In this document: in pieces, positions 41,172 to 56,568 of the stretch
Numbering within the stretch: the first letter of the stretch is position 1
How the letters are laid out: each line of letters starts with the position of its first letter
Assembly: GCA_964016885.1 (NCBI GenBank)
Contig: OZ024743.1
Coordinates: forward strand, 293,570,001 to 293,634,000
Direction: 5' to 3'
Source of the DNA: Eledone cirrhosa
Lineage: Eukaryota
DNA: 64,000 bases
The notes under the pieces: generated by a model
The model's database searches: none
What the model saw: the letters and a program-made list of their open reading frames with translations, nothing else
Told to the model about the DNA's origin: nothing
Program-made: the position numbers and the translations under genes

Positions 41172-41400
41172 GCAGGTGGATTGGCAGAATTGTTAAAGTG
41201 TAGGATAAAATGCCTTGGGATATTTGTTCCAGCTCTTACCTATGTGAAGTCACCCTGCCCCTCTACGGAGGTTAACTCTACCTTTCGTCTTTCCAAGCTT
41301 GATAAAGTAAAGTACCAGTCGAATTCTGGGATTGATTTAGTTGACTTTCCCCTCCCTCCAAAATTGCTGGCCTTGAGTCTATATTAGAAACCATTATCAT
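41172..41400 (+). mobile_element. Deu/Nin-like tRNA SINE
   Basis: gcaggtggattggcagaat head, gaggttaactctacctttcgtc core, aaattgctggccttg...tagaaaccattatc tail. Confidence 0.7.
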
Positions 41401-42284
41401 TTTTGAAAGAGAGGGTTAAGATTTTTCAGATATAGTTTGAGAGAGGCGTCAGTATTTTATAGTCTCATCTCTCTCTAAGTTCTGAGTTTGAATCCCACCG
41501 ATGGTAGATATATATTTTTTCTTTTTGCCTTTCATCTTTCTCTACTGCTGGTGATGGTGTTGATAATAGTGGTAGTGGTGTTGGTTGTGATGATGGCTGT
41601 AGAGGAGGGTTGATGAAATAAATACTTACATTAAATAATGATAGGGGTAGATATTTATTCAATCAACTTAAACCACTTCTCCTGAACTATGTTGCCTATG
41701 GTTTAAGCAAAGACTAGAAGAAGAAGAAGAAGAAAAAGTGTGTTAGACTTAATCTGTTGCTCGGGTTTCACACCCCTACCTAGTCCTTCAGTGCTTTTAG
41801 CAGAGATCACGCTGTTGCAAGTATTCAGGTCATGTCTCCAGTTTGAGTTTCCCTTCCTCCCTCCATCTCACCAGTCTTTGAGTTACTGAAAAGAGTCATG
41901 GACCCTGCACTTCTTCCTCTAACTATACAGAAAAAAAGAAAAGAAAATCATTTTTTTTTTTAAATACACTTTATTTATTATTTTTTTTTTTTTTAGCAAG
42001 AATGGTAAGTGTTCTAAAGGTGGCTCAATTGCAATTCTGAGTTTTGAACATATATTTGACACATTTCTTTGTTGTTTTTTTTTTTTTTTGTTTCTGTCTT
42101 TTTTTTCATATCTGGGCTGGTGCAGGGGAAGGCTGAGGAAGAATATTATAAATAAAATACATGGTGGTAACAAATTTAGTGTTGCCATTTCCATCTGTGC
42201 TACTCAAATAGTTCTATATAAATATACCAACACCTCAACCTTTAGATATTTTAGCTGGGCTCATCTTGTCTATGAAAGAAAAGG

Positions 42285-42865
42285 TAAGCATTGGTGTTTA
42301 TTCTAGCGCCTTACATTCTGAGTTCGATCCTCACCAATGTCCATTTTGTTCTTTCATCCTTCCAGAGTCGATGGAATAAAAATCCCATCAAGTACTGGGG
42401 TTTATTTAATCAAATGTTTGGTTTTGTGCCTCGGATAGCATTTAGTTATGGCCTTTTACATCCTGAGTTCAAATCCTGCTGAAGTCAACTTTGCTTTTTA
42501 TCCTTCCAGGGTTGATAAATTAAGTACCAATCAAGATTTGGGGGTGATATAATTGGCTTTCTTCTCCCAACAAATTACTGGCTTTTTACATAAATTAGAA
42601 ATCATCGTCATTATTATTATTATTGGCAGTGAATTGGTCGAATCATTAGTGTGTTGAACAAAATGCTTCATGGCATTTGTTCCAACTGCTTACATTCTGA
42701 GTTCAAACACCTCTAAGGTTAACTTTATCTTATCGTCTTTTGGGAATCAATAAAATAAAATACCAGTTATGTATTGGAGTCAATTAAAATTGACTAATCC
42801 CTTCCCTAAATTACTGGCCTTGTACCTAACTTGGATACCATTACCATCATCATTATTATTATAAA
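42285..42865 (+). mobile_element. Tandem cluster of three Deu/Nin-like SINEs
   Basis: Three successive ctgagttc(g/a)a...aactt...catcc/cgtc...ataaa...accag units separated by (ATT/ATC)n tails. Confidence 0.7.
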
Positions 42866-43986
42866 CATTTTCTTTGATCTTATACTTCATCTTTTTTCTT
42901 CTTCATCTCATTAATATTTTTCTTTGTTCTAAAATGGGATCAGGAAAAAATTATTTTGTTCCTTAACACCAGCAGCAGCAGCATTCAAACACCCACATAA
43001 CATGAAAGCAATCAAAATATTTTTATTGAAAAAAAATTAATAATAATAATAAATTAATAATTAAAAACAAATTACAAAAGCAATACATAAACAAAAAGAA
43101 TATAAACAAGGTTGTTTATGCTGCTTTTCAGCTTGCTTGTGTTTATTAATTTTTTATAATTAATTAATTTGTCAAGTGAGTAGAAGGCCTTGATAAGAGT
43201 GTTGATGTGATAAACCACATTTTTCCATTAACACATCCTATATGAGAGGGCATCAAAAAGCAACTGTGCATTAGTAACCAAATATCTCTAAGATCATGTC
43301 CTACCATCATAAAAAGTGGAAGGATAATGGAGTCCTTATATAAGAAAAGGTGATCAGGGCTGGGTCACCTTTGATCATAGTTCTGATTCATCAAGCTAAA
43401 CAACATCACAAACACACATATGTGATGCTAAGAATGGCTGCCTCTTGGAAGAAAAAAACTCAGTACATGTATAATAAATTATATTTTTTATTGAGAGGAA
43501 TTCTTTTTCTTGGTCCACTTATTCCTAAGAGAGTCATAGGAGCAGAGTTCTAAAACAGACCCTCTAGAATGTCCTATTGGAACCAACAATCTTTAAACAA
43601 TCTGGCTGGATCTTCAAGTGAACCCAATAAAAAGTTATGGATGTTATCTCCAACTATCTTGCTCATGGTCAACCTCTGAGTCTCCTGCCTGTTGGTTTTG
43701 ACCATAAAATCTGACCTGTTGATGTGAGGTATTGAAGGTGCAATTTCTCACAGCAACTAACCAGTTTCATCGCAGTGGAGAACCATCAGGCTGTCGTGTG
43801 ATTATATATATATACATATATATATATACATATATATAATGTAAATCAGGATGGATTCAGTTTAAAACTGTTTAGACCATTACTATATAGAGTCTGGAAC
43901 TAGCTATTGAATTGGCAAGAGCTCAGCCACCATGCCCTGACTCTTTATAATATATATATATATATATATATGTATCTATCTATGTA

Positions 43987-44021
<35 letters not shown>

Positions 44022-45639
44022 ACCTTTGACCATAGGTCTGCTGGATCAGGTCTGAGCTGAGGTTAAACTACATACAGCAAGATCCACAACTGACCATTTC
44101 CTTCTCTGTGAGGATGCAATCCATTCATGTCTCTGCTCAACACCTTCTTGCATGCATTACACTATAGATGGCCAGTACCACCTTTATCACACCAAATACT
44201 ATTTGTTACCTGTAAGTTTGAAAGATTGAGTTGGGTGGGTTTTGCAACGTATATAATGCCTTGACTGACTTCTAGTTTCCTTGTCATAACCAGCTGTCAC
44301 CTTCTACAACTTGAGCCTATGCCCAATTTATTCAACTGCTAGAAATAACGGCTAGATCTCCTTTCAAATTAGACGTTGCTATCTTATTGGATAATTTAGT
44401 CCAAAATACACTATATCTGAAAACAAGATAGATAGGTCAGCCCTGATGAAGCAGATGTCTAAACATCCACACAAACCATTTACCACAATCTTGAGTGGTC
44501 GGGAGTGTATTGGTTGACTATCTTTTTCCACCTACACCCTACTGTGTGGCCCCCAAAACTGATTATAAACTCAGACTAAATGGACATGTAGACTCCATTA
44601 TAAATAGCTCACTCTATTTTAGTAATCAATGCTGAATACATTTATGTATGGGTCACAAGTATATGCATGAATTGTGGTTTACTTATAAGTAACAGGACAT
44701 ATGCATGTATATATATTGTATATGATGGACTTACAAGAAATAGAACACATGAATATATGATATACTTATAAGTAAGGTAACAGAAAAAAGGAACTATAAT
44801 TTGTGATAAGTAGGCCTATACTAACTGGCCTGACAAAATCGTAGTTCCATGTCAACAGGGCCATCTGTACACAAGGGGCAAGATATTTAGTTTATTGGCT
44901 GAACCACCTCCTTTTATAGTGTTGACATACCTTCTACCACCATTCACAAAACCAAGGACACTATGAACTCAATGAAACTAATATAGTTGCTAACAAGCAC
45001 TACATCAGTTGAGATATGTCTGTTGTTCATCATCTTTGTCCATTTACTTCACTGTATTTTAGCTGATGCTCACTTCTATTATCATTGAGACAAACTAGCT
45101 GTCAACTACTAACTAGGTAACTGCAACAATAGTACTGAGGTCCTGTCAATTGTGTTGCTGGATCTTTAAAATAATTTAAAGTCTGGGCAAATGAGTGAGG
45201 TGGGGGTCCTAGTTAGTAAAAAGGTTTGGAACCACTGCTGAGAATGACTGACCATGTATTAGTAATATTTCCATAATTACACACTGAACAACTAGGCTGT
45301 TTACATTGATTCAAGGAAGAGAGTTAGTTATCAAGTGACAGTAAATTAATATATATAGGGTTGTCTGCGATAATTATATTAAACATGTAGGGGACCAAGG
45401 ATATTTGATCTTTCGATGAAGGTCTTATGAAATAATTTGGACCCCTTTTTTTCCACATATATTTAACAGGCTATTTTTGTGAGATTTATTATTATTATTA
45501 CCTTTTTTTACAGTGGAATGGGTTGTTTCTATATAGTATGAACTCTTGCTGCTAACTAACACACATTATGTGTACATAATTGTCATATGTGAAAAGCTAC
45601 CTTGATGACAGTAAAAATAATGAACTTCCCCTCCATAGG

Positions 45640-47420
<1,781 letters not shown>

Positions 47421-49108
47421 TTTTTAAAATCAACCATTTTTCTGCTTCTACCTGGTTTGATCACAACATTCCAATAATGAAATTTTGCTAAATGGACAGA
47501 GAGAAGAATGTAATAAAGAAAATGACAAATGGAAAAAAAAACAAAACAAAAAAAACAATAACAAACAAAAACACAAAGAAATATATAGAAATCAATTTGA
47601 AGACGATGAAAAAGAAATGCAAAAATGGACATTTGAAAGAAGGCATGATATATATATATGTATATATATACATATATATATAATTGAAAGAAATGAAAAA
47701 GCAACAAATAGATGAAGAAAAAAAGAGAAAGATTCTGTGAAAAAATAAACAAACGATAACAAAAAGAAAAAACTGTTTCTTGCATATTCCCATATCCTTG
47801 AAATCTGTACAGAAAATCCAAAATAGTCCTTTCAAAGAAGTCATCCAAAACAGAAAGTATTTTTTTTTCCTTCCCCCTTGTCTTTTGTTTTTCCAAATAT
47901 ATACTTTGTTTCTTGAAAAAAAAAGATAGAAAAAATAATGACAAAGAAAAACATTTTTGTTTGTTTCTTGGAAATTCACCAATCAAATTGCGAAAAAAAA
48001 AAAAAAAAAATTCCCTTAAGCATACATATTTGTATATAACAAAATCCTCCTCCGCCTCCTTTCATCAAAATATATTTCACAAATGCTACTCTTCCTCCCT
48101 GCCCACGTCTAACCCTGAGCGAACCCCCTCTTTACCGAAAAGATCTTCCTTCTTTCCACTCCACCACCACCAACAACTAATATGTTTTTTTAGTCAAATA
48201 TATTATTATTATTATGTAAATTTCCTACCCCTCTTTCTTCCTCTTCCTTTAAACATATACAAACTTTTCGTCCCATCCCAACTCGCCTCTGCAACCTCAA
48301 CCAAGACATTTTACAGGTTCTACTCCCATCTTCCTATTTTTTTTTTTTTTTTTTGCAAATTTATTTGTTTCCTTTAAAGACTATGTAAATCCCCACTTCC
48401 ACATTTGAACGTAATGCAACCTTTCTCCCCCCAGTCAGACAATTACAAGCTTCTCATTTATGAGATATAATAACAAAAAATTCTTTTTCAAATCATTTAC
48501 CGATTCTGGAAGAATTGTTTAATTTTGACCATTTTTAGGGCAATGCATATTGCCAGTTTTAATTAAATTCTTGTTATAAATTCGTTTTTTGTTCTTTTAT
48601 CTCTTCAGATTTTTTTACACAAACATGTATGCACACACAAGACTCACGCATATATATATATATATATACACATATATTTGCACGCACACACACATATATA
48701 TATATATATATATCATCATCATTTAACGTACATTTTCAACGCTAGTATGGGTTAGACGGTTTTGTTCCATTTGATGCGGGAATGGTCGGGAAAGCGTGTC
48801 TTGCTCGTACGGAAGTGTCTCTGGCAGTTTTTTTTTATAGCTGGATGCCCTTCCTAACACCAACCACATTTACAGTGTGGACTGGGAGCCTTTTCCCGTG
48901 TCTCCTACACGACCACCTTACAGTGTGGACTGTTGTGTCATCGATACAGTGGACGGAACGGGAAAGGGAGGATGGGGTAGGGTGTAAGGGTGGGTGTACA
49001 TTGGGTTAAGAGGTGCCTACTGCCTGTAGGTTTGTATGCAATGGCAGTCGGGTCTTCTGTACAACTGCATGGCGCCAAAAATCTCGATCCAGTGTCATTG
49101 TCTTAGAG

Positions 49109-49143
<35 letters not shown>

Positions 49144-49144
49144 G

Positions 49145-49428
49145 TAGTGGCACCTCGTTTCATGAACTTACTTCGTTCCTGAAGGCCGTTCATCATCGGA
49201 TATGTTCGTGAACCGAAAATATTTGCCCATAGGAAATGACAGATAGCTATCACCATAGTAACTAACTACACAACAAATGGTACTTTCCCGTCGATACTCG
49301 CAGCTTTTTGCCAACTGTTGTTGCCAGCTTGTATGTTCGATACCTGTGACACCATTCATCAACCGAGATGTTTTATGTTCAGAAAATTTGTTCGTGACAA
49401 GATGTGTTCATGAACCGGGTTTCCACTG
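49145..49428. mobile_element. pogo/Tigger-like MITE
   Basis: TIRs tagtggcacctcgtttcatgaac / gttcatgaaccgggtttccactg|ta, with internal gttcRtgaaccg repeats. Confidence 0.75.
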
Positions 49429-49430
49429 TA

Positions 49431-49461
<31 letters not shown>

Positions 49462-49473
49462 TATATATATATA

Positions 49474-49588
<115 letters not shown>

Positions 49589-49606
49589 CTGTGTAGATGT
49601 TTGAAT

Positions 49607-49701
49607 AACCTTTATTAATAAAGCTGTGATACACATTTATGGCGATCACATATACATGATCGCCATTGAAATATGTATTACAGCTTTATTTAATAAAGGT
49701 T
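49607..49701. repeat. 95-bp palindrome between (TA)n tracts
   Basis: aacctttattaataaagctgtgatac...atggcgatca catataca tgatcgccat...gtattacagctttatttaataaaggtt. Confidence 0.85.
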
Positions 49702-49739
49702 TTATAAACCGTACTTCGTATTTATCCTTATTTTATCTC

Positions 49740-49788
<49 letters not shown>

Positions 49789-50174
49789 TATAAGGTGTTT
49801 CCTTATTGGTAGCTAGGTCTGTGATTGTGTCACTCTAATCAGCAAAACCATGGTATAATAAGGAAAGAACAGTTGACATCATGTGTATGCTACCAATGTT
49901 CATATGGTATCGCAGGGCGGAGTTAAATATGATTAATACAATACATAATTTCTTTCATCACGTCAAACCCACAATACCTGTACCAGTGGTGAAATTGTTA
50001 CATCATGATACCATTAAAGGCTGACTTCAGATGGCCCATTAAGTAATTCATTTGTAAGGCACTGTAATGTATTGACATGGAGAGTGACCTGCGTTTGATG
50101 TTTTTATTCCATAGGGCTGTTTATATGGAGACGGGCCTTATGTGAAATCCAGCTTTCGTATTGTATTATTAAAG

Positions 50175-50231
<57 letters not shown>

Positions 50232-50867
50232 AGGGTTGACAGACCCAACATATTTATCAATGCCAGTACCGGTTGTATCTCAACGCACTCCATGGGCAAT
50301 GTAAGATACATTCCCAGAGTATACACAAAGTTATTTGCTTCAACACAACACACGTAAAATGGATGCCTATAAGGTGCCCGGACTCGAGATTCTGCCGCGC
50401 TAATGCAGCAGTAAGGTGCACTGCACCATCTGTCTGCATGTATTATGCAACAATGCACAATCGGCTTATGTGGCTTCATCAGCGGGTATCGCCTAATCAA
50501 TAACCAATCGACCGACAGAATCCTAAGACCAGTCTATGTCGGCCATGACTGTTGGTGACGACTGACACGGTAAAGCTATTAGCAACTGGCACCCGATAGG
50601 ACTCTATCTCTCAACTCGCCACTGATTTACAAATTTTACATGGGGACGGGAAGCTAAAGAGAATCAATCTTTTCGTCCCTGTCAGAAGCTTTCAGCCAAC
50701 GTGTCTCACACACAAATTATCAAGGGGTGAAAAGATGGCCATTAAAAATAGCAGTTCACATTGATATAAAATAAATATGGTTTTAAAAATATAGTTTTCA
50801 TTTATTAATATCATTCATATATATGAATGATATTAATAAATGAAAACTATATTTTTAAAACCATATT

Positions 50868-50930
50868 TATTTTATTATATATATTTCAAGGGTACCAAAA
50901 AACTTTGGTACGCTTTCATCAGATAAAATA
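50868..50930 (-). ncRNA. Minimal type-I hammerhead ribozyme motif (best-preserved copy)
   Basis: Minus strand: UAUUUUAU CUGAUGA AAG-C-GUACCAAA-GUUU-UUUGGUAC-C-CUU GAAA U-AUAU-A UA AUAAAAUA, with a perfect 8-bp stem I. Confidence 0.75.
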
Positions 50931-51033
50931 CAAATTTTTTTTTATAAATAGTGACATACCCGATAAACCAGACCTTATCGGTTTAGGTTCCATTGGTTTA
51001 TCGGGTATGTCTCTATTTATAAAACAAATTTTG

Positions 51034-51096
51034 TATTTTATCTGATGAGTGCGTACCAAAGTTTTTTGGTATCCTTGAAATATATATAATAAAATA
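51034..51096 (+). ncRNA. Minimal type-I hammerhead ribozyme motif; predicted cut after A51088
   Basis: UAUUUUAU CUGAUGA GUGCGUACCAAAGUUUUUUGGUAUCCUU GAAA U-AUAU-A UA AUAAAAUA. Confidence 0.7.
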
Positions 51097-51164
51097 TGGT
51101 TTTATAAATATAGTTTCCATTTATTAATATCATTGATATTATACTCCAGCAAACATGTAGAGTG

Positions 51165-51420
51165 GGCGCAGGTGTGATTGTATGGTTTATGGCTTCACTT
51201 CACATACACGTGGTTTCGGGTTCAGTCCCACTGCGTAGTTTTTTTAGTAAGTGTTTTCTACCATAGTCTCAGATTGACCAATGCTTTGCTGAGTGAAAGT
51301 TTGGTAGACGGAAGTTAAAGAAGCTCATTGTATATGTGTGTATCTGTGTAAGTGTTTATATCTCGTAACGTTCGAGAAAAATATATCGATAAAATATATA
51401 CCAGGCTTGAAAAGAAAAAA
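51165..51420 (+). mobile_element. Octopus-type tRNA SINE (ggcgcagg... family)
   Basis: ggcgcaggtgtgattgtatgg...gggttcagtcccactgcgt...aagtgttttctaccatagtctc...ttggtagacggaag. Decayed copies at 29700-30010, 39268-39420 and ~21630. Confidence 0.7.
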
Positions 51421-53946
51421 GCATTGACTGAAACCAGCAAAAGAATAAAAGAATTTGAAGTATAGTTAAAAATGTTTAACGACAGATTTACTGACAATAA
51501 TTTATCACGAGTCCCGTATCTGTCAAAATCCTACAGAAAAATTTCAATGGCACATATTGGTGAACTGATGATGAAATCAGAAAGCAACTCATTGATTGTG
51601 CGCGCGCGCGCGTGGATTGCAACTCCATTTTCGACGATGAGTGTTTCATTTGATCAACAGAACAACACACTTGTGGATTTAACGTGCATGAACATTCTAC
51701 AGACACGTACGCTTAATCCCTTTGTTATCAAACCGCCTATGGTTCTATTATACAGAACAGTTTATTTTAAAGTTTTTATATTTATCTAAAAACCTCCCAT
51801 CACACTTTTATACAATAGACGTGTGAAGTTATGTTCCAAACACCAGCTTAATGTATTCCCTCTGAACACTCGATTACTTTCTAAACTATTTGAAAATCCC
51901 AGGCTGTGTCTTTCATTATAAACGAAATGTTTAACGTGGTTCTTAGGGAGATTAGTGTGAAACTGAATATAACAAGCTAACCCTTTGAATTCCAAACACA
52001 ACCCATTCTCCCAGTTGAGTTAACTTGAGTAACACGTCACCGGGAATCGATCTCATGATCTAAGGATTGTGAGCCGAACACCTCATCGACTAAACCATAC
52101 ATCTTTACATTTAAAGCTTACAATTGCATCTCAGTAAAGAAGAGTAAGAGAATTTGTTGAAATAGAGAAACTGTGACTACCGCCCACAACTAGACCATAT
52201 TGACCAAAGTTTTTCGAAATTTGTTTCGGAAAATTAAATCCAATCGGATATTTTTTTTATGAGTATTTGGTTGTGAAAGATAATTTTGAGATCTGATGAT
52301 AGCGTATAATAAGACTGTTGACGCAGCATGAACAAACGGTCAAGAGGTTCATTTTGTAATCATAACGTCCGGGGTTGATCCCATTACGTGGCATTTACCA
52401 TAGTCTTGTGAGGAAATTGAATAGAAAGAAAGTGCTTCGAAGCTTGTCTGATGAGTCCGAGATAACACAAAGGGTTATCATTGTCACACACTATCTTACT
52501 GAATCTCCAGGAGAATACACGCAACTTAAGGACTCTTCTGTTGCGCCAAGGACACAAAAACCTTTGAAGTGTTGCTTGCACGATAATCGCACCCAGTGCA
52601 TCCTGTAAAAGGGTTTCTGCTGCGAAAGATATCCAACCATGAAAAACTTGCCACAAAAAGGATCGAAAGGATTCTTCAGTTGTGTCAAAGTTGCCACAAC
52701 CTCTCTAGTGTTGGTGCTACAATAAAATTCACCCACTGCCCACTCTAGATAGAGTGAGGGCGGCAACGTACGTAAGTGAGCTGCGGGGTCCCAGTTCATC
52801 TCAGAGGTCAGCACCGATTAAAACGTGCCTAACCTTTGCTATCAGGGAGGACAGACGTTAAATGATGATGATGATGAGCTAAGAAGAACGGTTCTTGCTC
52901 GCAATATTTTCAGGCTTTACATTGATATCAGAAGGAGAAGAGGTGGGATAAAATTGGTTTCGATGTATCTAGTCTTCTATTAGAGTATTAATGAAGTGAA
53001 ATAGCTATTTAAGATCCGGGACGTTTATTTACATATATAAGGAAAAAAATAATTGGGCAATGAATGAAACGGAACGGGAGGGAGCGACAAACTACACTTC
53101 AGTCTGAGCGGTGTTCAGCTACGCCTCACGGCCATCCTCCGCGGCAAAGGCATTGCCCTGGAGAATGGCCGGTGACACCCATTGATTCAGCCACCCCACA
53201 CCAAGGGACTCCTTCGTTAGATGGGCTGTTGGCTTTCCAATTTTACGATAGAAATTAACAGTGCGAATCCGAGGATACCTGAGGTCCCGACGGCGACCAG
53301 TACGGAAAGGAAGTTTTCGGTCAAGCCCCGATATTTAGGAATCTATCCGGAACTAAAACCAGCTTCAGGTTGCCATGCAGTGAGTATTTACTCCTAAAGA
53401 AAATATAGTAGAGAGAAGACGAAAGCATGATCGGGTAAGATGCTCGCCCCACAATCAAGAGATTCCAGGTTTGATCCTATTGCGTGATAACTTCGGCCCG
53501 TGTCTTTCCCAAAACCTTCGTGTTGATCCGAGCCCTGTGCGTTAATTATGTAGATGTAAACACGTAGATCGCAGCTCATCGGATACATTGCATCTACTGT
53601 TCAAAGTTCCAGACTTATCACATAATTTCACGTTGATTGTACCCGAGAATTATGTTAATAGTACACGTGTCTATGATTCAAGTAGAGAACGTTCATTTGA
53701 TCCAAACATCTGAACTTCTTCGTCTAAAACCGACATATGATTTATTCCTAAAGCTACATAACACTGTTTCTTCGGTGTGGTTCGATAAACTGTTAAACCT
53801 ATTTATCAACCAATCCCAACCCAGCTATTAAGATTCTTTTTTCTATAATCTATTCAAGACTCTTAGTTAAAATTAGAAATATTTTAAAACTTTATTTACG
53901 TTAAAACATCTTACTTGCTGCCAGCAACACAGATTTATTTCTTTTA

Positions 53947-53988
53947 CCACCCCCTATATATATACATATGTATATATATAGGGGGTGG
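53947..53988. repeat. Perfect 42-bp palindrome
   Basis: ccaccccctatatatatacat|atgtatatatatagggggtgg. Confidence 0.95.
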
Positions 53989-54451
53989 GTGTCTGTGTGT
54001 ATTATATATATGTGGCAAATAAATAGAAATATATATCTATCTATATATATATTTGTGTGTGTGTGTGTCTATGACGTGCTAGCCTTTTCTAAAGTGAAGG
54101 GCAAATATATACTTGAAGTTAAATTCAAACTCTTTGCTACATACACAATGAAAATGTAGCTAGCCTCCCTTGGTGGCTTACAATAATATCAAAGAATAAT
54201 TACTGTAAGCAAACAAAGGAAACGTAAATAATTTAAAGAAATTTGATTCACATTAAAATACATATGAAGTTGTTATTGTCTTTCCTACATTTGTTTATCT
54301 TATAGACAAGTATACACACATGTTAAAAAGAATATAAAAAAAACGGAAAATAGATATTTCAACACTCTACAGTATACGATATGAGCGCTCAGACATTTAG
54401 TGCCCAAGGATAGTAAACCAACAAACCCAGTTTTTGACACTCCTTGCTCTG

Positions 54452-54494
<43 letters not shown>

Positions 54495-55028
54495 CTATAT
54501 ATACGTATTTATGTATATGATAAACTTAGGAGAATTAACAAAGAGAGGACAAGACAGCAAATGAAAATAAGGCAAAACGAAAGACAATTTTTTAAGGGGA
54601 CCCTTACAAAACTGAAAGACACATAATTCCAGGTCCATCGGCCGTTGAAATGAACTCTGGCAGTTTCAACCCCCTACCATCAGTCCTGCTGGTCCACTCG
54701 GAGTCACAGCATCTGACACAAGCCAAACACCATCCAGTGAAGTGAGAGATGAGAGACAAAACATTAATGTAAATCAATTAAGCCATGACAAGTACACATA
54801 TAATTTTATGTGACGTCAGGGAAAAAGTATGGTACTTCTTACAGCATGAAAGTCACAGGGATGAAATAAAGAAAAGAAAAGAAGAAAAAGAAATGTAGTA
54901 AAAAGGCAAGAAAAAAGTAAGATATCGTGTTAGAAAATGTAAACCATTGAAATTAATGGGGGGCGGGTAACTCGTTCGTCACAGATTATTAATGATAAAC
55001 GTAGGAAAATTAACACAGACAGCGAGGC

Positions 55029-55211
55029 CGAGGGTTTTCTGAAAAGTTCAGGCTGACCAAAATATTCTCGCGGAATGAACAAATGGGGTTCATTTTTCAA
55101 CATATTCCCTGGAAAGAACAATGCAATTATTAATAAGAAGAGTTGAAATTAATGCATACAAAATTTCGCACTCCTCCATAGTCAGCCTATGAACTTTTCA
55201 GTCGACCATCA
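55029..55211. mobile_element. mariner-derived MITE
   Basis: TIRs cgagggttttctgaaaagttcaggctgac / gtcagcctatgaacttttcagtcgaccatca|ta. Confidence 0.75.
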
Positions 55212-55249
55212 TACACATATAAATACATACATACACACATACATACATA

Positions 55250-56551
55250 GACCGCCTTTACGTGAAACGTAAGCAGGGAGGCAAAGGCCAAACATCAGTC
55301 CAGAAAGCATTTGAATGTCGCATCATATCCCTCCGACAACTACGAACCTCGAAGCGTAGAAGCCCGTCTCTCGAGCAAGTCTATCTGCATGAAACAGATA
55401 AGATCATGAGAGTTGGGAAGGAACTCCTCGAGAGATATTCCCTGTGTGATAATCAAAAACTCACACCCAGGGAAGTCGCTCAGTAGTATCGCAGTGAATC
55501 CATGGATGAAAAACTGCATGCTTATCAGCAAAAAATCATGCATGGATATGTTGCCAGGAAGCTTCAGAGTGAGAGTAGTATAGATAAGGAAAGTAGTCTA
55601 TCTTGGACCAACAACCGCTATATTCGCTCCCACTTTGAAGGATACGCTTTTGCAATCCAAGAACAGGAAATTAACACGAAATACCTGATTCACAAAAGAG
55701 ATAGGGATGCAGGCAAAACACCTAGATATGATAACAAGTGCAGACTCTGCAGAACTAACATCGAGGATATCACCCATGTCATCAGCAGCTGTCCAAAGAT
55801 GTCATCGCGGTACTATCTACCTATGAGGCATGATGTAGTGGCCAAAACACTGTACATTGCAGTCCGTAAAAAAGATAGCCCCGATAATAAACATATTAAA
55901 AGCTACAGCAATGTGGAAGACATCCACGTACATATGAGAGAGTACTGGTGGAATGTTCCAGTAAAATCCCCAATAAAATGCAGGCATAACACACCAGATG
56001 TTATGATATGGGATAGGGAGAAGAAAGCATGCACAGTAGTGGAAATTAGCTGCCCAGCAGATGCCAATATAATATCAAAGATTAGCGAAAAGGAGAATAT
56101 TTATGCAGAACTGATGAGAAATCTGCAGATACTCCACCCTGCTTACACCTTCAGATTTATGCCTGTGATTATTGGGGCACTGGGGTATGTTAGTAACTGC
56201 CTCAATACAAATCTTGAGAAGCTAGGCTTCACAGAAACAGAAAGAACACAACTAGTTAGGAAATTACAAGTACAATCCATTAATGGAACAGTAAAAATAT
56301 GTAAAACATTCCAAAAATGTTGCATCTAATAACTGCATATACACATGAAGAGATACAAAGCATATACACATGCACACATACAACTCAAAACATCCACATC
56401 CACACATACAATAACATCCATATCTACACATGCATACATAATCTACCTAGTTGATGTTGTGTAAATTCCAATGAGAGAGTCTTGTATATATGTTATAAAC
56501 CGACTCTCTCTCTATTGGGAAAAAATTTGTGAAATTATAAAACCAGAAGAA
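55250..56551 (+). mobile_element. 5'-truncated R4/Dong-like non-LTR retrotransposon with CCHC finger and restriction-like endonuclease (ORF 55502-56329) and 3'UTR
   Basis: RLYVKRKQGGKG motif, AIQEQEINT, CRLC..EDITHVISSC, RHD, HNTPD..WD..VVEISCP..N..K..EK..Y, PVIIGALG. 3'UTR hairpin 56467-56520. Flanked by (ACAT)n. Confidence 0.9.
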
Positions 56552-56568
56552 CATACATACATACATGC

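Larger units (their letters stand above)
50826..51164 (+). mobile_element. Fold-back Penelope-like pseudo-LTR relic (second copy)
   Basis: Arms 50826-50970 and 50994-51134. The right-side extension atactccagcaaacatgtagagtg matches the extension of the 19552 copy and is cut by a SINE. Confidence 0.75.

Noticed and set aside
52292-52306. ctgatgatagcgta matching the hammerhead family
   Set aside because: The match ends after about 15 nt, with no stem II, GAAA or stem I.
52448-52460. CTGATGAGTCC hammerhead-like start
   Set aside because: No GGAC-GAAA closing at a suitable distance; it lies in LINE-like sequence.
54675-54690. Nearby minus-strand CTGATGG...GAAAC motif (54655-54690)
   Set aside because: The core has G instead of A and there is no convincing stem II.
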